Assembly: GCA_051362555.1 (NCBI GenBank)
Contig: CM120645.1
Coordinates: 21,204,001-21,268,000, forward strand
Source: Lingula anatina
Lineage: Eukaryota > Animalia > Brachiopoda
Direction: 5' to 3'
DNA: 64,000 nt
Positions 38,328-50,599 of the stretch are shown here, piece after piece. How positions within the stretch are numbered: the stretch's first letter is position 1; every line of letters begins with the position of its first letter. The position numbers and the translations under genes were made by a program. The notes below the pieces were generated by a model. It made no database searches and was not told the DNA's origin. It worked only from the letters and a program-made list of their open reading frames with translations.

Positions 38328-41023
38328 TGTACTAAAATGCTTGAAACAAATGCACAAGTGAAAGGCATAAAGATAAAGAAGATCTTTGGAAGAACAAAAT
38401 AAGTAAGATCTCAAGGAAAGATAAATCCTTTTTGTTCACCTGGTAGTTCTACCAATGAAATTGAACTACTTAACATTGTTCTGTAACGCTGATATTTTAT
38501 GTTTTCAAGGGTATTTGTTTAGTGTTTAAAATCAGCACACAGAGAGATGCATTATTGAATAATTAGATTCAGGTAAAGCCACATTTTTTGGTATCTGGAT
38601 GATAATATAGGCTTTGTAACAATATCCTTAAAAATCAAAATTTAATAAAACATTGAATCCAAGTGCAGAAGTAGGTAGAGCAATGATTCCCAAGTAGAAA
38701 AAAAAAAATTATCCCCAAGGAAAATTTGTTTTGGTGGGACTATCTTGTATAGATTACCTCAGATTAAAAAAAAAAACAAACAAAAAAACAAGAGCATTTG
38801 ATTCATTTGATTCTGATTTATTTGATACATTTTCACGTGTGGAATCACATTTTTTGAAAGGCTAATCTATGCTTAAATCATGATGTTACATACATGAAGA
38901 TTTACAGTAACCTTTGCACGTACATACCATTCATGAAGACACAGGTAGTAATCATTTCTCACTAACACTTATAACCTATTGTAGCCCTACACATAGACTG
39001 ACCCTTTTATTCCACCAAATGGACCACTTGTTGCAGTAACCTACTACAGTAGCCCCAAGTTTTCCAAGCTAATTTGGGGCAGCTTCTTCATCTTCAAATA
39101 AATTTCCATCCACAACTGCTTGTCAGTAATAAAGCATGTACACACGGAGGTTAAAAAATGAATATTTTGCCAGCAAGCATTGGACCTGAGGTTTAGGCAA
39201 TCAGTACTAAAAATATCTCAAATCAAAATCAACTGTCTCTTTTGTAAAACAAATTAAAATGTTTCCCCCCTTGGTGTGTTTATCCTTTTAAGGGCACTGC
39301 ATTTAACATATTACTTCTGTGATCAAATAAATCATATCACAGTGATGACATGAAGTCAAAGCTTTTCCCTGTATGACACACACGTACTACCCCAGTAGTT
39401 TCTGGATTGTATCACAATAATTTATGTAGTGACCCATTTTTAAACCAACTTAAAGACAAATACATAAAATAGTGTGGACTCATCAAAAGACTACAGTCAA
39501 ATCATATGCACTCTGGCAGAAGTCCACACAGTATACAAATTATAATTACAGTGACTAATTATATAATGCACTGACTCTTAAGGATTGTGGAATAGCTTTT
39601 CGTTAAAAGGTGTAACACAAATCAAAGGATCTCTTAAGTTATTATACTATCCCAGGTCTCATTCATCCATAAAACATAAAAAATGGTACACTGCTAATTT
39701 TGATGTGTCTCCTTGTTTGAAAAAGAGGTTGTTTATAATCTTCTGGTATTATGAAATTCAATATTGTACATTTTGCCAGTTACTCTACACAATAACATTA
39801 TGAAACAATAACAATAAGTAGACACACCTAAGCTGAAACACAAATCTACTGGTTTATGAAACAATTTCTTTTTAAAATATATTCTGTACCTTAAAGTCAC
39901 TGTAAAACTTGTAGATCTGTTGATTTTTTTTTGTGACACCAAAGAAATTAAGGAATGTTTTTTTTAGCCTGGTTACTGTAAAAATAAACTATAAACAAGT
40001 TAAGGACAAGAGCAGATCTGAAATGTATAAAATGTTGGATCGCCCCTTCACCTTGAGCACCTTAACCAAAGTGGTACATATGGAATAACCTTACAAGCCA
40101 CATCCAAGATTTTGCTACAGGGGTGGGAGTTGTGGGTGGGGGGTAGGGGGGGGGGGGGTGCTGTGCTTGGCAAGTATACAGTAGTTGAAGAGGACAATTT
40201 AACTAAAATATGCAGAGCACAGGGATAAAGAGTGCTTGACCATGCTTCTTTTCACTTGTAATACTGTTTTTGATGGTAAAATGAAACTATTTTAACATTT
40301 AAATATTGTTTTTTTTTTTGTTTTCATGGATGAGAAGGGGGTGCATGCTCACTGTGGACCCACCCCTGGGTCTGCTATTGCTAGGAAAAAGTAAATTCAT
40401 TGTGACAAAGTACAGTATTATATCACCAAAAATAATTGCACAAAGAGAAACAAAATAAAAGAATCAATACACTGTGGGGTAAATCTTTCTACTGAATGGC
40501 AAAAACTTAAGCAGATCTATTACTTTCCTTTCTCATATGAATGTGACTGAAACAGTCTTGCCTCTTTGAATCTGACAAAAATCTTCCATTGCATTGATTA
40601 TCACAACACATGAACAATGTGGAAATGATTACTGATAATATTAAGACCATAAATGAGCTTCTAAATCTTATCCACTGTACTTGCATATAAGGTTGTGATG
40701 GGACCACCCTGCCTTATCACTGATTGTTTAATATTGAATACTCTCCGAGAGCATATGAGATCATTTTATAAGGTTATTCTTTAAAAGTTTATCATACTGT
40801 CATGACATTTTTTAAAGAAGAGTCATCACCTGTATCTTTCACCAACTGAAATTTTTTGAAGGTTTAATAATAATAATAATGTTGAAATCCTGATTTTTCT
40901 TCCAACCCAAAATAACTTTCCAATTTTCCAAGCCAATTGTGCACCCTGAAAATGATTAAAAGATGTTGAAATACTGTCCTGTTAATATCCCATCCTGGGC
41001 ATTTACCAAGGGCCTGGGTGCTC

Positions 41024-41368
41024 TTAGTGTTTTGGCCTAAAATATACCAGCTTGGTTAACATGGAGGTTATACATGGAACCTGTTTCTTTTTGCTCATTG
41101 CCTTGGAGGCTGCATTGGACTCAAACTCGTATGCCACTTTCCTGTTAACAATGGTCATCAAGCTTAGGATGTCCAACTGTTGGCCGTAGTCTCCCAGGAC
41201 CTGAATGAGTGCCTGCATGAACCAAGATCCGTTCATGGAGTTACGCCAGGAAAAGAAGCCTGGAAAAACATTCAATTATGTCTATAACATTTGCCAAGAA
41301 GAAGGTTATCTTTTCATTGGTGTTGGTGTGTGTATGCTTATTTGTCAGTGGACATGTGTCAGGATAAA

Positions 41369-41407
<39 letters not shown>

Positions 41408-43310
41408 AAACGTTTTAAACTAAAATCGGGTCTCCTTCCAGGATATTTTAACATAAATTCTACTTTATAAGTTGTCTTTTTGCTTAGTGGAGTGTTCTCT
41501 AGTTTAATATATAATAAACATAACCAGTATATCATATCAGATTCTGTAGATTTTGTTTATTATTGTCAGTCACAAATCTTTGTACAATTATTGCTTCACC
41601 ATTTCTCTCCTTTTTCTCTTTTAACAGTGGGACACATAATGTTGTACAGGAAAGTTTTTTTGCACACAAATGTATATAAACATTTATTTTTTTTAAATAA
41701 ATTTTTTAATCTCAGGCATTTATCAACCATACCTACCTGGCACCACAGAGTAAGCAATGAGGAAGTCTGCCTCAGCAGGAATTCTGTGCACATGGGTCCT
41801 ACCGTCTGGTTCGTCTTCCCACATTTCTGCATCAGCGACCTCTACACCTCCGTCAAGTTTAGTGCCTCGACAAGCCTGCAAAATAAAACGGAGTGTGTAA
41901 ACGAAAGAGGAATCCTGCTAGTCCAAGGCAACTGCATAACTTGGGACATTTCGACATCAGGAAATTTGTTCAAGTTAGGCGAGATTCATATTAATGCAAC
42001 ACTGGCACTACAACAAATGTATTGTCCTTTTAAGTATTTATTCCAACTGATCTTACACAGAAAACAGTACTTTCTTCATGTTTGATCACTGGTGTATCTC
42101 TCCCTAATTAAGCGCAAAAGGCTTTTTATAGTATAGGGTCACATGTCCCATGCGCTAACACCAGCTATACATATTCATTATATCCATTTACCTACTATGG
42201 TTACTTATACTAAGACCCCATTCCCAGAGATTAGATCGATCTAAACTAGATAGACCTAACTCCCTGGGGGTTCATGCTACATAGCTGTCAGCCGAGCGGG
42301 CACGAAAGTAAATTACCCCCTTACAGCTTGTAGTAGGCGGGACGGACATTTAAGCCAGATTATCTGACAGTAATCTAGTGAGACTCTCCACAGGGATAGA
42401 TCGATCTAAATGTCTGGGAATACGCCCTAAGGTTCAATGTACTATTACATAATACAAACATGTGAATACCCTATTGCATTAATTTATACTAATACCAAAG
42501 GAAAAATCGTTCACATGATATTTGTTTGAGATGAATGGAAATTTGAACGATAAATAAAGTAATTCTTTTAGATTTGGAACAATACTTCTCTGATGCATAC
42601 TTATCAAAAAAAAAAAAAAAAAAAGTGGAATGAAATTTAAAGGCACAATCCAAAGTGCAAAGTAAATCAAAATAAAGAATATGATTTTTTTACCAATACA
42701 AGAAAGTATGTTGTTTAAAAAATGTCCAAGAAATTTAAATTATCAGAAAAATATATAACACAGTTGTGAACATTTATTTTTATCTCCAAACAACTTGGTC
42801 CATTTGCCTCTAATTTACAAACATTCTAATATTTGTGTATGCGCCACATCCTCCCTCAACATACTCAATTTACAAGAAATTTTCTTGTGTTTTCAATAGC
42901 TCCATAAATATAACCCATACTTTCTCAAAAACAACAAGCAACACTGACTCAACTCAGGGGCGGATTTAGGCCATCTTCTGGGTCTTCCGGAAGACGGTCA
43001 GATTTTTAAGTTTACATTGACGGGTATCTATTATTTTCTGTCGGAAGACGGTCAAAAATTGAGGACGAATTAACAAAGATTATTTGGAAGACTGTCAGAA
43101 AATATCTCTGGATCCGCCCCTGCAACTAACCTGAATGAAAATGAGCTTTGGTTTCCCTGCTAAAGTCAAGCATCTGTCACCCTTGAGAGGGGCAAGTAGC
43201 TGATCCACCTCTATAATGCCATCTGTGCCATACACTTTTCCCTCCTCACCATGTGACAAAATTACCAAAGCCACACAGTCATTTTGAGAGTGATTTCTGC
43301 GTCCAACTGA

Positions 43311-43350
<40 letters not shown>

Positions 43351-44751
43351 TACCATTTTCAAATATTCTATATTTTTTCATATTTTACTCTTTTCAAAAC
43401 ACTCTTTTCATATTTTTCCAAAGGAAAATAAACTGCAAACAACCTCATTCCAGAGATACAGAAAGCAATTCTGAAAGCATATATGTGGTAAAAACTTCCT
43501 GCAAGCTTGAGGCAAGACACTCAAGTTGGAGTTGAGGAAAGAATTATTTAAAAGTATGTATACAACCAAGGTTAAAGGGAAACTGAAATAAAGGTTAATC
43601 TTTCAAAAATTATTGTACAGTGTACTAAGTGCACCTTTCTTTTACTTGATAATGATTTCCTGCAGATACTCTGTTGATGTGATCATATATCAAGAGACTC
43701 ATGAAGGTAACATAAAAATTACATACTGAGAGACACCCTAATTGCTAATTATTAATCACTATCTAGAAAAAGATGCAAGGAACTGGCTGCTATGAAGTAC
43801 GAAAACATATAACTTTGTGTAAAAAGTTAAAAGTGCGCTTACTTCAACAGATATAGGGTAAATTGCACAAAAACAAGATTTCATTACTCCGTACCTTCGG
43901 CCATAGTCATTGACATCCTAGAACAAGTCACATTGTCATAGCGATTCACATCAAATCCCAGCGCACGAAGTCTGTTCTCAATCCCATTTGCATCCTGGTC
44001 CGTGCCGCGTCTCTCTGCCATACCTGTATGTGACGCAAAGTTGCGGTTGTTGAAAATGATGGCAAGGCCCCTATTTTCATAAGTCATGGGATATTCCATA
44101 TCGTGGTCTCCACTGGAACTAACTTGCTGTGGCCTGCCTGCCTCTGGAGCAACTCTGAGACTGTAAACATTGGAAAATCTCTATAGAACTGTATGTTTTC
44201 TATAGATGGAATATTAGGCAGAATTACTTATATCTTGTAATTTGATATACTTGATCAAAAATCCATTATAACTGTATATATTGTAACTATAAAGTGTCTA
44301 CAAAGTATAAATTTAGGAATGATCTGGGTGAATATTGTATCTATATCACTTGTATTATATTGCATCTTTTAAAGTACCAACATTGCATCTTTATAATAAC
44401 TTCCCAGAATCTGTATTGTGCACATAATGTATCTTTAAAATAACTATGTTGTATCATATGTAAACTACATAAAAATGTCTATATTATTGTTGAGTGATCA
44501 ATAAATACCCTCTTCTACTGAGTGGTGCATCAGTGATGTCCCCATGTCCTGAAATGGTTGAAAGAAAATATCATCTGTCTGACTCTGTCTTCTAGTGACT
44601 GAAGTTAACACCCAAATGACCCGGCTTTTTTATTATTATTATTATAATTTTTTGGGGGAGCAGGCCCTTTGATTGCAATACTTATAACGTCAATGACCAG
44701 TTAAACATTTATAAGTGAAACACAAAGGAAAGTACACACATGGAAGAACAG

Positions 44752-44788
<37 letters not shown>

Positions 44789-44827
44789 TATTATATGAAA
44801 ATGATTAAAACAATAAAACCTGATCAT

Positions 44828-44861
<34 letters not shown>

Positions 44862-45024
44862 ACACTCACACACACCCATGGGTGCGCTGCAAGTAGTGAC
44901 CTTCACTTTCTCTTTCAGATCTTTCACTAAATCCCATTCTTATTAAATATTTTCACAACTACTGTATGTCAAATAAAAAGAAAATATTTGTAAAGAGGTA
45001 CATACCATCCTCTGTGTCATCCAT
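41024..45024 (-). CDS. Effector caspase (caspase-3/7-like), paralogue B, 291 aa
   Basis: Exons 45024-45006 (MDDTED), 44548-44509 (GHGDITDAPLSRR), 44160-43895, 43306-43131 ([13 protein letters not shown]), 41875-41737 (ACRG), 41259-41024; phases consistent, 876 nt; propeptide site DITD/A. Confidence 0.92.
42214..42427. mobile_element. MITE family C copy
   Basis: TAA flanks at 42211-42213 and 42428-42430; collinear with 20850-21064. Confidence 0.85.
42955..43122. mobile_element. MITE family A copy
   Basis: TSD CAACT at 42950-42954 and 43123-43127; collinear with 9140-9308. Confidence 0.88.
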
Positions 45025-45351
45025 GGTATTGCTTTTCTTCCTGTGATCTATTCCTTATGATGTGTAGGTACAGGTAAATAAAGTCTGTCTCAATACCTGC
45101 AGATAAAACGCCAGCTTTTATACAAAAGATATCTAGAAAACTGCCCACGTATCTGTCATCCAGGTTTATTTTTCAGTGAACAAAGTTACTGAATTTATAA
45201 CTAGAATTATTTTTTTTGACTTCACAAAGATGTCTTCTGATTGTGTAAATAGAATGTTTACTTCCACCTCAAATAAGTGCCACATATAGATGAGTCATAT
45301 ACATATGGATAACTAGAAAATATATGAATCATTTATAATAAGAAATAACCT

Positions 45352-45361
45352 GGGGATTTCC
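45352..45361. promoter_or_regulatory. Consensus NF-kB site upstream of the caspase B ATG
   Basis: GGGGATTTCC; motif match only. Confidence 0.45.
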
Positions 45362-46379
45362 AGACCATTGTGATTCCACTCGACAGGCATTAGACTTCCC
45401 ATTTAGTGAAAAAAGTCAGAAAGGGGGCCATTTAAACCAATGATATTTTTAGCTCCAAAACAGTCAAAAATCCCCCAATACTTGGAAAAACCTCATCCCG
45501 ACTCAAACTAAAGGGAGAATGGGAATACCCAACACTGACTAAGGGCTCTGTGTTTGTTTTTCTTCTTTCACCACTTCCAGCACAAACTCAATGATATCCT
45601 TCATGTGATATCAGTGACATAACCTTCAAAGAGTATACTGCATGGACATTCACTTTCACGGTGTTTAGTCTTAGAGGAAGTGTTTTAATTTTCAGGAAGA
45701 ATTAAAATTTTGTAACACAAAGATATAACACTCATTGTGCACTATTAAACTGAAAAGTGGGTAACTGATAAGATATCTAATCATTCAAAGCAGTGTATGT
45801 GACCTGGATTTCAACAGAATTATCATCAATTACATACTTCCAATATATTCAACTAATCGTTGGGGTTGTTGTAATTTTTAACTCAAATTAATCAGTAAGT
45901 ATGAAAGTACGCATCATATTGTTGGTGTTACGTTGTGTAACCACAGTAAAAACAATGATTCATCGACAACCCATTAAAGAACAAAGAAACAGGTCAACGG
46001 AACGCTTTTGTTTACACGTAGATTACGTTAATACAGCTGTATTCGGCAAGTCTTGACATGCCCCTTTCATATTCAGATGTACTATAACTAATGAAAATGG
46101 AATTATATTTTTAATAGTAACCTCACATATTCCTTACCTGAACTAGTATCCCGAAATATTGCTACAGATTATTTATTGTTTAAAAGTTTAAAATGACTAG
46201 TACACACTGATAAATGTTTTCCGAAATCGAACTAGATTAAAGTTATCTGGCAATTAATGCCATGAAGTTGTATATACACCACTATTTACCTTGTGTGAAC
46301 TAAATTGAACTCTTCTGTGTTTTTGCATGAATTGACGTTTTTGCGTCCAGTAGTGTAATATACCACGACAGCCGAAGCG

Positions 46380-46560
46380 CTTTGGTGACTAACAAAAATA
46401 ATCGCGGATTTCCATTTTACCGGAAGTTAATCGTATCGGCGGAAGCACAGTATATCGGTCATGATATGAACAAGAAAAGCCCATTTCAATTGCTGGAAGG
46501 CAAAGTTTGTTGTCATTCACCACTTTACAGATACTTACAAAATCGCTGCGCGCATGCGTG
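46380..46560. promoter_or_regulatory. CpG-richer putative promoter (ETS-like and NRF1-like motifs), possibly for caspase B
   Basis: ACCGGAAGT at 46419-46427, GCGCATGCG at 46550-46558, and a minus-strand donor CAG|GTAAGG at 46136-46137 downstream of them. Confidence 0.4.
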
Positions 46561-47249
46561 AGAATTGCATTGTGGGAAAAAATAGAGCAAAACAAAAACA
46601 GCGAGTATACGAATAATGGGGAATAACCTCGACGATCACACACTCTGGTCCATGATTGTAAAATTAGCGGGAAATTACCTTTCTCGATACCTTCTATCAT
46701 TTCTGCAACTTGAAACACAGCAGGTAGTCATTATTTTGTGTTCAAGAGCCTTCGCGCCATGAGTTCACTCTCTTTCCCCCTCCCACAATGCAGTTCGAGT
46801 TTCCTGTCGACGTACAACTGTAAAGTGATGAATTGTCAGGATTATTCAGTCTTTATTTTTCAGAATGAGAGCTGTCAGCAAAATCTAATCCCAATAAAAA
46901 GGCAAAAAAAAAAAAAAAAAAAAAATTATGTAGGAATTAAAATGTTTCCGAAATCCCCTCTAGTATCGTAGAGACTGTGTCCACAGACCATCGTAATTTT
47001 CCCCAACGATCGAGGAAGGCCTAGATTTTTTTCAGCTGCTAGTCTAGATACAGTGTGCCTTTTATTGTTATTTTGTTATTGTACGTGTATGTATATGGAT
47101 GTCTGTAATTTTATTTCAATTGTTTATCTTTTTCTTATCTATTTTTTATTTCCTCACTATAAACCTTTTCTTTTTTCCTTATTTTTCAATGTAACCTTTC
47201 ATTCATTCATACAATCATTCATTCATGCATTCATTCATTCATTTTTTAA

Positions 47250-47291
<42 letters not shown>

Positions 47292-47930
47292 TTGTAAATG
47301 AACAGTACGTGATGCCCAAATATTTCACTTTCGCGACTTCTTAACTGACATGCGATAAGCCTAACGGCAGGCCTACTATACTGTAGTGTAGGCCTACGTG
47401 TAGGCCTACTGTACAGTAGGCCCTATAGCACAAAGTGGATTATTGAAAAACAAAAATAAAATAAAGAACGAAATATTCACTACAAGCATGATTTTATTCA
47501 AATCACATGACAATGGTGCAAATGTCTGACATAATGTCCTATTCAAAATGTTTCAAAATTACTGATAGGCCTACCCAGGGATAATTTCATAAATTCTGAT
47601 GTGCCGGCCAGTATAAAAGTAGGCCCTACAGTACGCGGTCCTCTGGTAGAAGGGAAGAATTTTCTTTGAAGGATGAGTAATTCGATATCAGAAGGAATAA
47701 ACTGTTTTTTACTTGACTGGTTGCAAATGGATCGACATGCTGTGTTCGGTTCTGAAAATACAATAATTGTGTAATTAAAGTAGGATTTATCGAAGTACAA
47801 TGTAGGTCCTACATGCAGGCCTATGTTTAGAGGTAGGGATTAACTTTAAACTAATCGATTTTTAGATTTCCACTCGTTATGTTACGTGCATTTTATTAGG
47901 GTCTACATTCTCTATTAAGACCAGGAGTTA

Positions 47931-48035
47931 CAGACCCGTAGCCAACAATTTCAAAAGGGGGGTTCTTATTCTGAAAAAGTGGACCTTTTACCATGAAACC
48001 TTTCGAACCCCCCGACCCCCCTGGCTAAGGGCCTG
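47931..48035. mobile_element. MITE family D copy, 5-bp TSD
   Basis: TSD AGTTA at 47926-47930 and 48036-48040; the paralogous intron near 59155-59165 lacks the insertion. Confidence 0.85.
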
Positions 48036-48231
48036 AGTTAGAACTGATTAAGTTTACATCCACATGTTGCAGCAACTGCTACACGTCAGCGACATGTACA
48101 TGAATCTAAAGCAGCTACAAGTATGTATACTAATTAAATGCTAGGAATAAATTGCGTTACAATTCTTTTTTCTGATTTTTGACCATAAAAATGAAGTATT
48201 ACTGGACATTAATTAACTCCTAAGTTACCTT

Positions 48232-48717
48232 TCAAGCTTTATTGTTGAGCAGGTCTTGAAGCTCAGCGAGCTCCTCCTCGGACATCCCATCCAACTCATT
48301 GTCCAGTTGGTTACTTTCAGCGTCCTCGGTGTCCGCAAAGATATCGTGATTGAGCCGTTCTGAAATAAGGAGATGTTTGGTTGAACTGGGAGTATATTTA
48401 TGTGAGTAAAATATATTTTTCTAATTTTACACACACATCGAAGCACACGAACATTACTCCAATGAAATTTAAGTGGAAAAGATGCAAATGTATGTTTTTT
48501 TTTTCTTTGCTAATTCAAGAGACCTCGGACTGTCTTGGATGGTCCCCTTATACAGTTTATATTAGCGTAAGTTACCAGTAGGCGGCGGATAAAGGGCTAG
48601 CTTTGTAACACACCAGGGAATTAATGAAAATACTGGGGCATCCGAGGAATGTGCTCCTGCTACCATTGAAGGTACAAATACTAATATTACTCCCCTCGCC
48701 CCCCCAAAAAAAGGTAA

Positions 48718-48752
<35 letters not shown>

Positions 48753-50599
48753 GAGGGGGGGCAGAACGAGAGAACACCCCCCCGCCCACACCGTACCCTT
48801 CATATAACAGTTTATTTGTCCTGGCCTACCCTTTACTAGTATATTTGCCGTGATTTTTTTTCTTTTTTTTTATTCCTCTTTAACAACTTTCAGCTCAAAG
48901 TGAATAAATAAACGATAAGGACATAAAACTTACCCCCTAAGAGGTTAACCTTAGTTTGAAAATTATCCAACTCCTCCTGGTCCACGTATCCATCCTCTAG
49001 AAAAAAAATTATTCAAGTTATTTAACAATAATTTTCAAATAATGTGTAAACAATTGTGAAATTGAAATAAACATTCCAGGCACAATTTTATGGGACATAA
49101 AACTAAAACTTGCAAACTTAACTTAAACTCCATGTGTCTTTTTCGTGTTTATAAGGATAATGATCACTTTTTGGACAGAGGTTCATGCAGGTAATTTTTT
49201 TAAAAAACGAGGCGACATATGTAAGAAATTTGAAAGGAAAACAAGAAAACCGATAAAAAATTAGTAAATCAACAAAGATGAAAGGAAGAAGGTGAGGTAA
49301 TGACGTAATGCTTTTAACTTGGGTAACTACTTTACCGTTGGTGTCGAGTTCCTCCATCGCTTCGGGATCCTTCACGTCGTGCAGTGATATCTTGCCGTCG
49401 CCATCCAAATCATTTAACATAAACTTGGAGTTGTTTTCCTGAAACGTACATGTTAAGAAAATCAAAACGCTAAAGAGACTGATATCAGTGGAGAAATACC
49501 GAAAGAACTGAATGAGAAATAATTTGATTTTCAATAATCTCAAGGTGACACTTTGTCCATAACATTTTCAAAAGCGATTTATTATAAATTGCGCGAGCGG
49601 AGACGAACGAATGGCGATTGATGCAATGCATTAGGTGAGCTTCACAGCCGATTGCGTGTTTTTCTCGTCGGGAGGGCCGGGGGTGGGTGGGGTGGGGCTG
49701 TTACGTGTTCCCAAGCTTTGGAGCTACTTGTACAATCCCCCCTTCCTTCCAGTATATGTATTACAAAGGACAAAACCAATCAATTTTCCATCCTTGTGCA
49801 CTACATATTACAGTGAATCTATCCGCATCTTCCATTTTCATTTGTTCGACAAGAAAAATAAATTTAAAGAAAATTCTTGTGTACCCGACAGTCGCAACCA
49901 TGTCTCCGCCTTTAGCAAAAATCGCCAGAGCAGTCATTTCTTATGGCAGGAAACGTTTTCCATTTCGGAATTATGGAGTTTTTTTAAGGGTAGCGGTTTG
50001 GAAAAGCAGTTTTATCCAACAAACGCCTGCAAGGGGTATACTAGTAAGTCTGAATAGATTAAATTCTCTTCTCCCCACTACCCCCCTCCCTTTACCCCGT
50101 CTCAATTCAAAACCAATCATAAATATCTGTGAGTACTTACGTCTCCGGCTACTGCGACCGCAGCTTTAATTGCCTTGTAAGTTTTGACAACTCTAACCAC
50201 CCTCCTCACTACTCTAACGGCCCTGGAAACATGCATACACTGTATATTGCAACCGTTGATATCGTTTGATTAACAAATAAATGTATCGAATAAAGAAACA
50301 AATTGATTATCTATCAATTTGTGACGAAAAATGAAAAAAGGTAGGTTTTAGCCAAAGTTGTTTATCTATTATAATTTGTAAATGATATGCTTAATAAATT
50401 CAGATTTTATGGCTAGCTGTAACAACAAAAGAAGTTATTTTTGTCTTGCACTCAAATAAATGCTTTGAGTTTTTTGTTTTATCGTATATTGAAATATGTT
50501 TTACCTTCTCCAGACTCTTCGAAGTCGCCAACTTTCTCCATCCTGTGGCATAAGGGCCACGAAAAATATCAGAGCAAAAAGACAAAATGCCAACTTCAT
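48232..50599 (-). CDS. Secreted precursor: signal peptide + cationic amphipathic (antimicrobial-like) peptide + acidic double EF-hand domain, paralogue 1, 156 aa
   Basis: Exons 50599-50505 (MKLAFCLFALIFFVALMPQDGES-WRLRRVWR), 50222-50141 (R-AVRVVRRVVRVVKTYKAIKAAVAVAGD), 49438-49336 (ENNSKFMLNDLDGDGKISLHDVKDPEAMEELDTN), 48996-48934 (EDGYVDQEELDNFQTKVNLLG), 48359-48232 (ERLNHDIFADTEDAESNQLDNELDGMSEEELAELQDLLNNKA*); phases 2,0,1,1; 471 nt. Probable 5' UTR exon ending at 51549 and 3' UTR exon from 47751 with AATAAA at 47493-47498. Confidence 0.85.

Noticed and set aside
28912-45024. DED/CARD exons as the prodomain of the adjacent caspases (an initiator caspase)
   Set aside because: They lie downstream of both caspase stop codons on the same strand and have their own ATG and stop.
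47751-48232. 3' UTR intron as an NMD trigger in the peptide/EF-hand genes
   Set aside because: The donor is only 3 nt after the stop codon, well inside the ~50-nt rule.
49118-49543. Calmodulin-like cytosolic protein from the ORF-track EF-hand ORFs (also 60281-60547)
   Set aside because: These ORFs are single internal exons plus intron read-through; splicing links them to signal-peptide exons.
49420-50160. Neighbouring caspases as the maturation enzymes for the peptide precursors (cut after VAGD / ANAD)
   Set aside because: Precursors have signal peptides while caspases are cytosolic, and Glu at P1' is disfavoured; only adjacency supports it.
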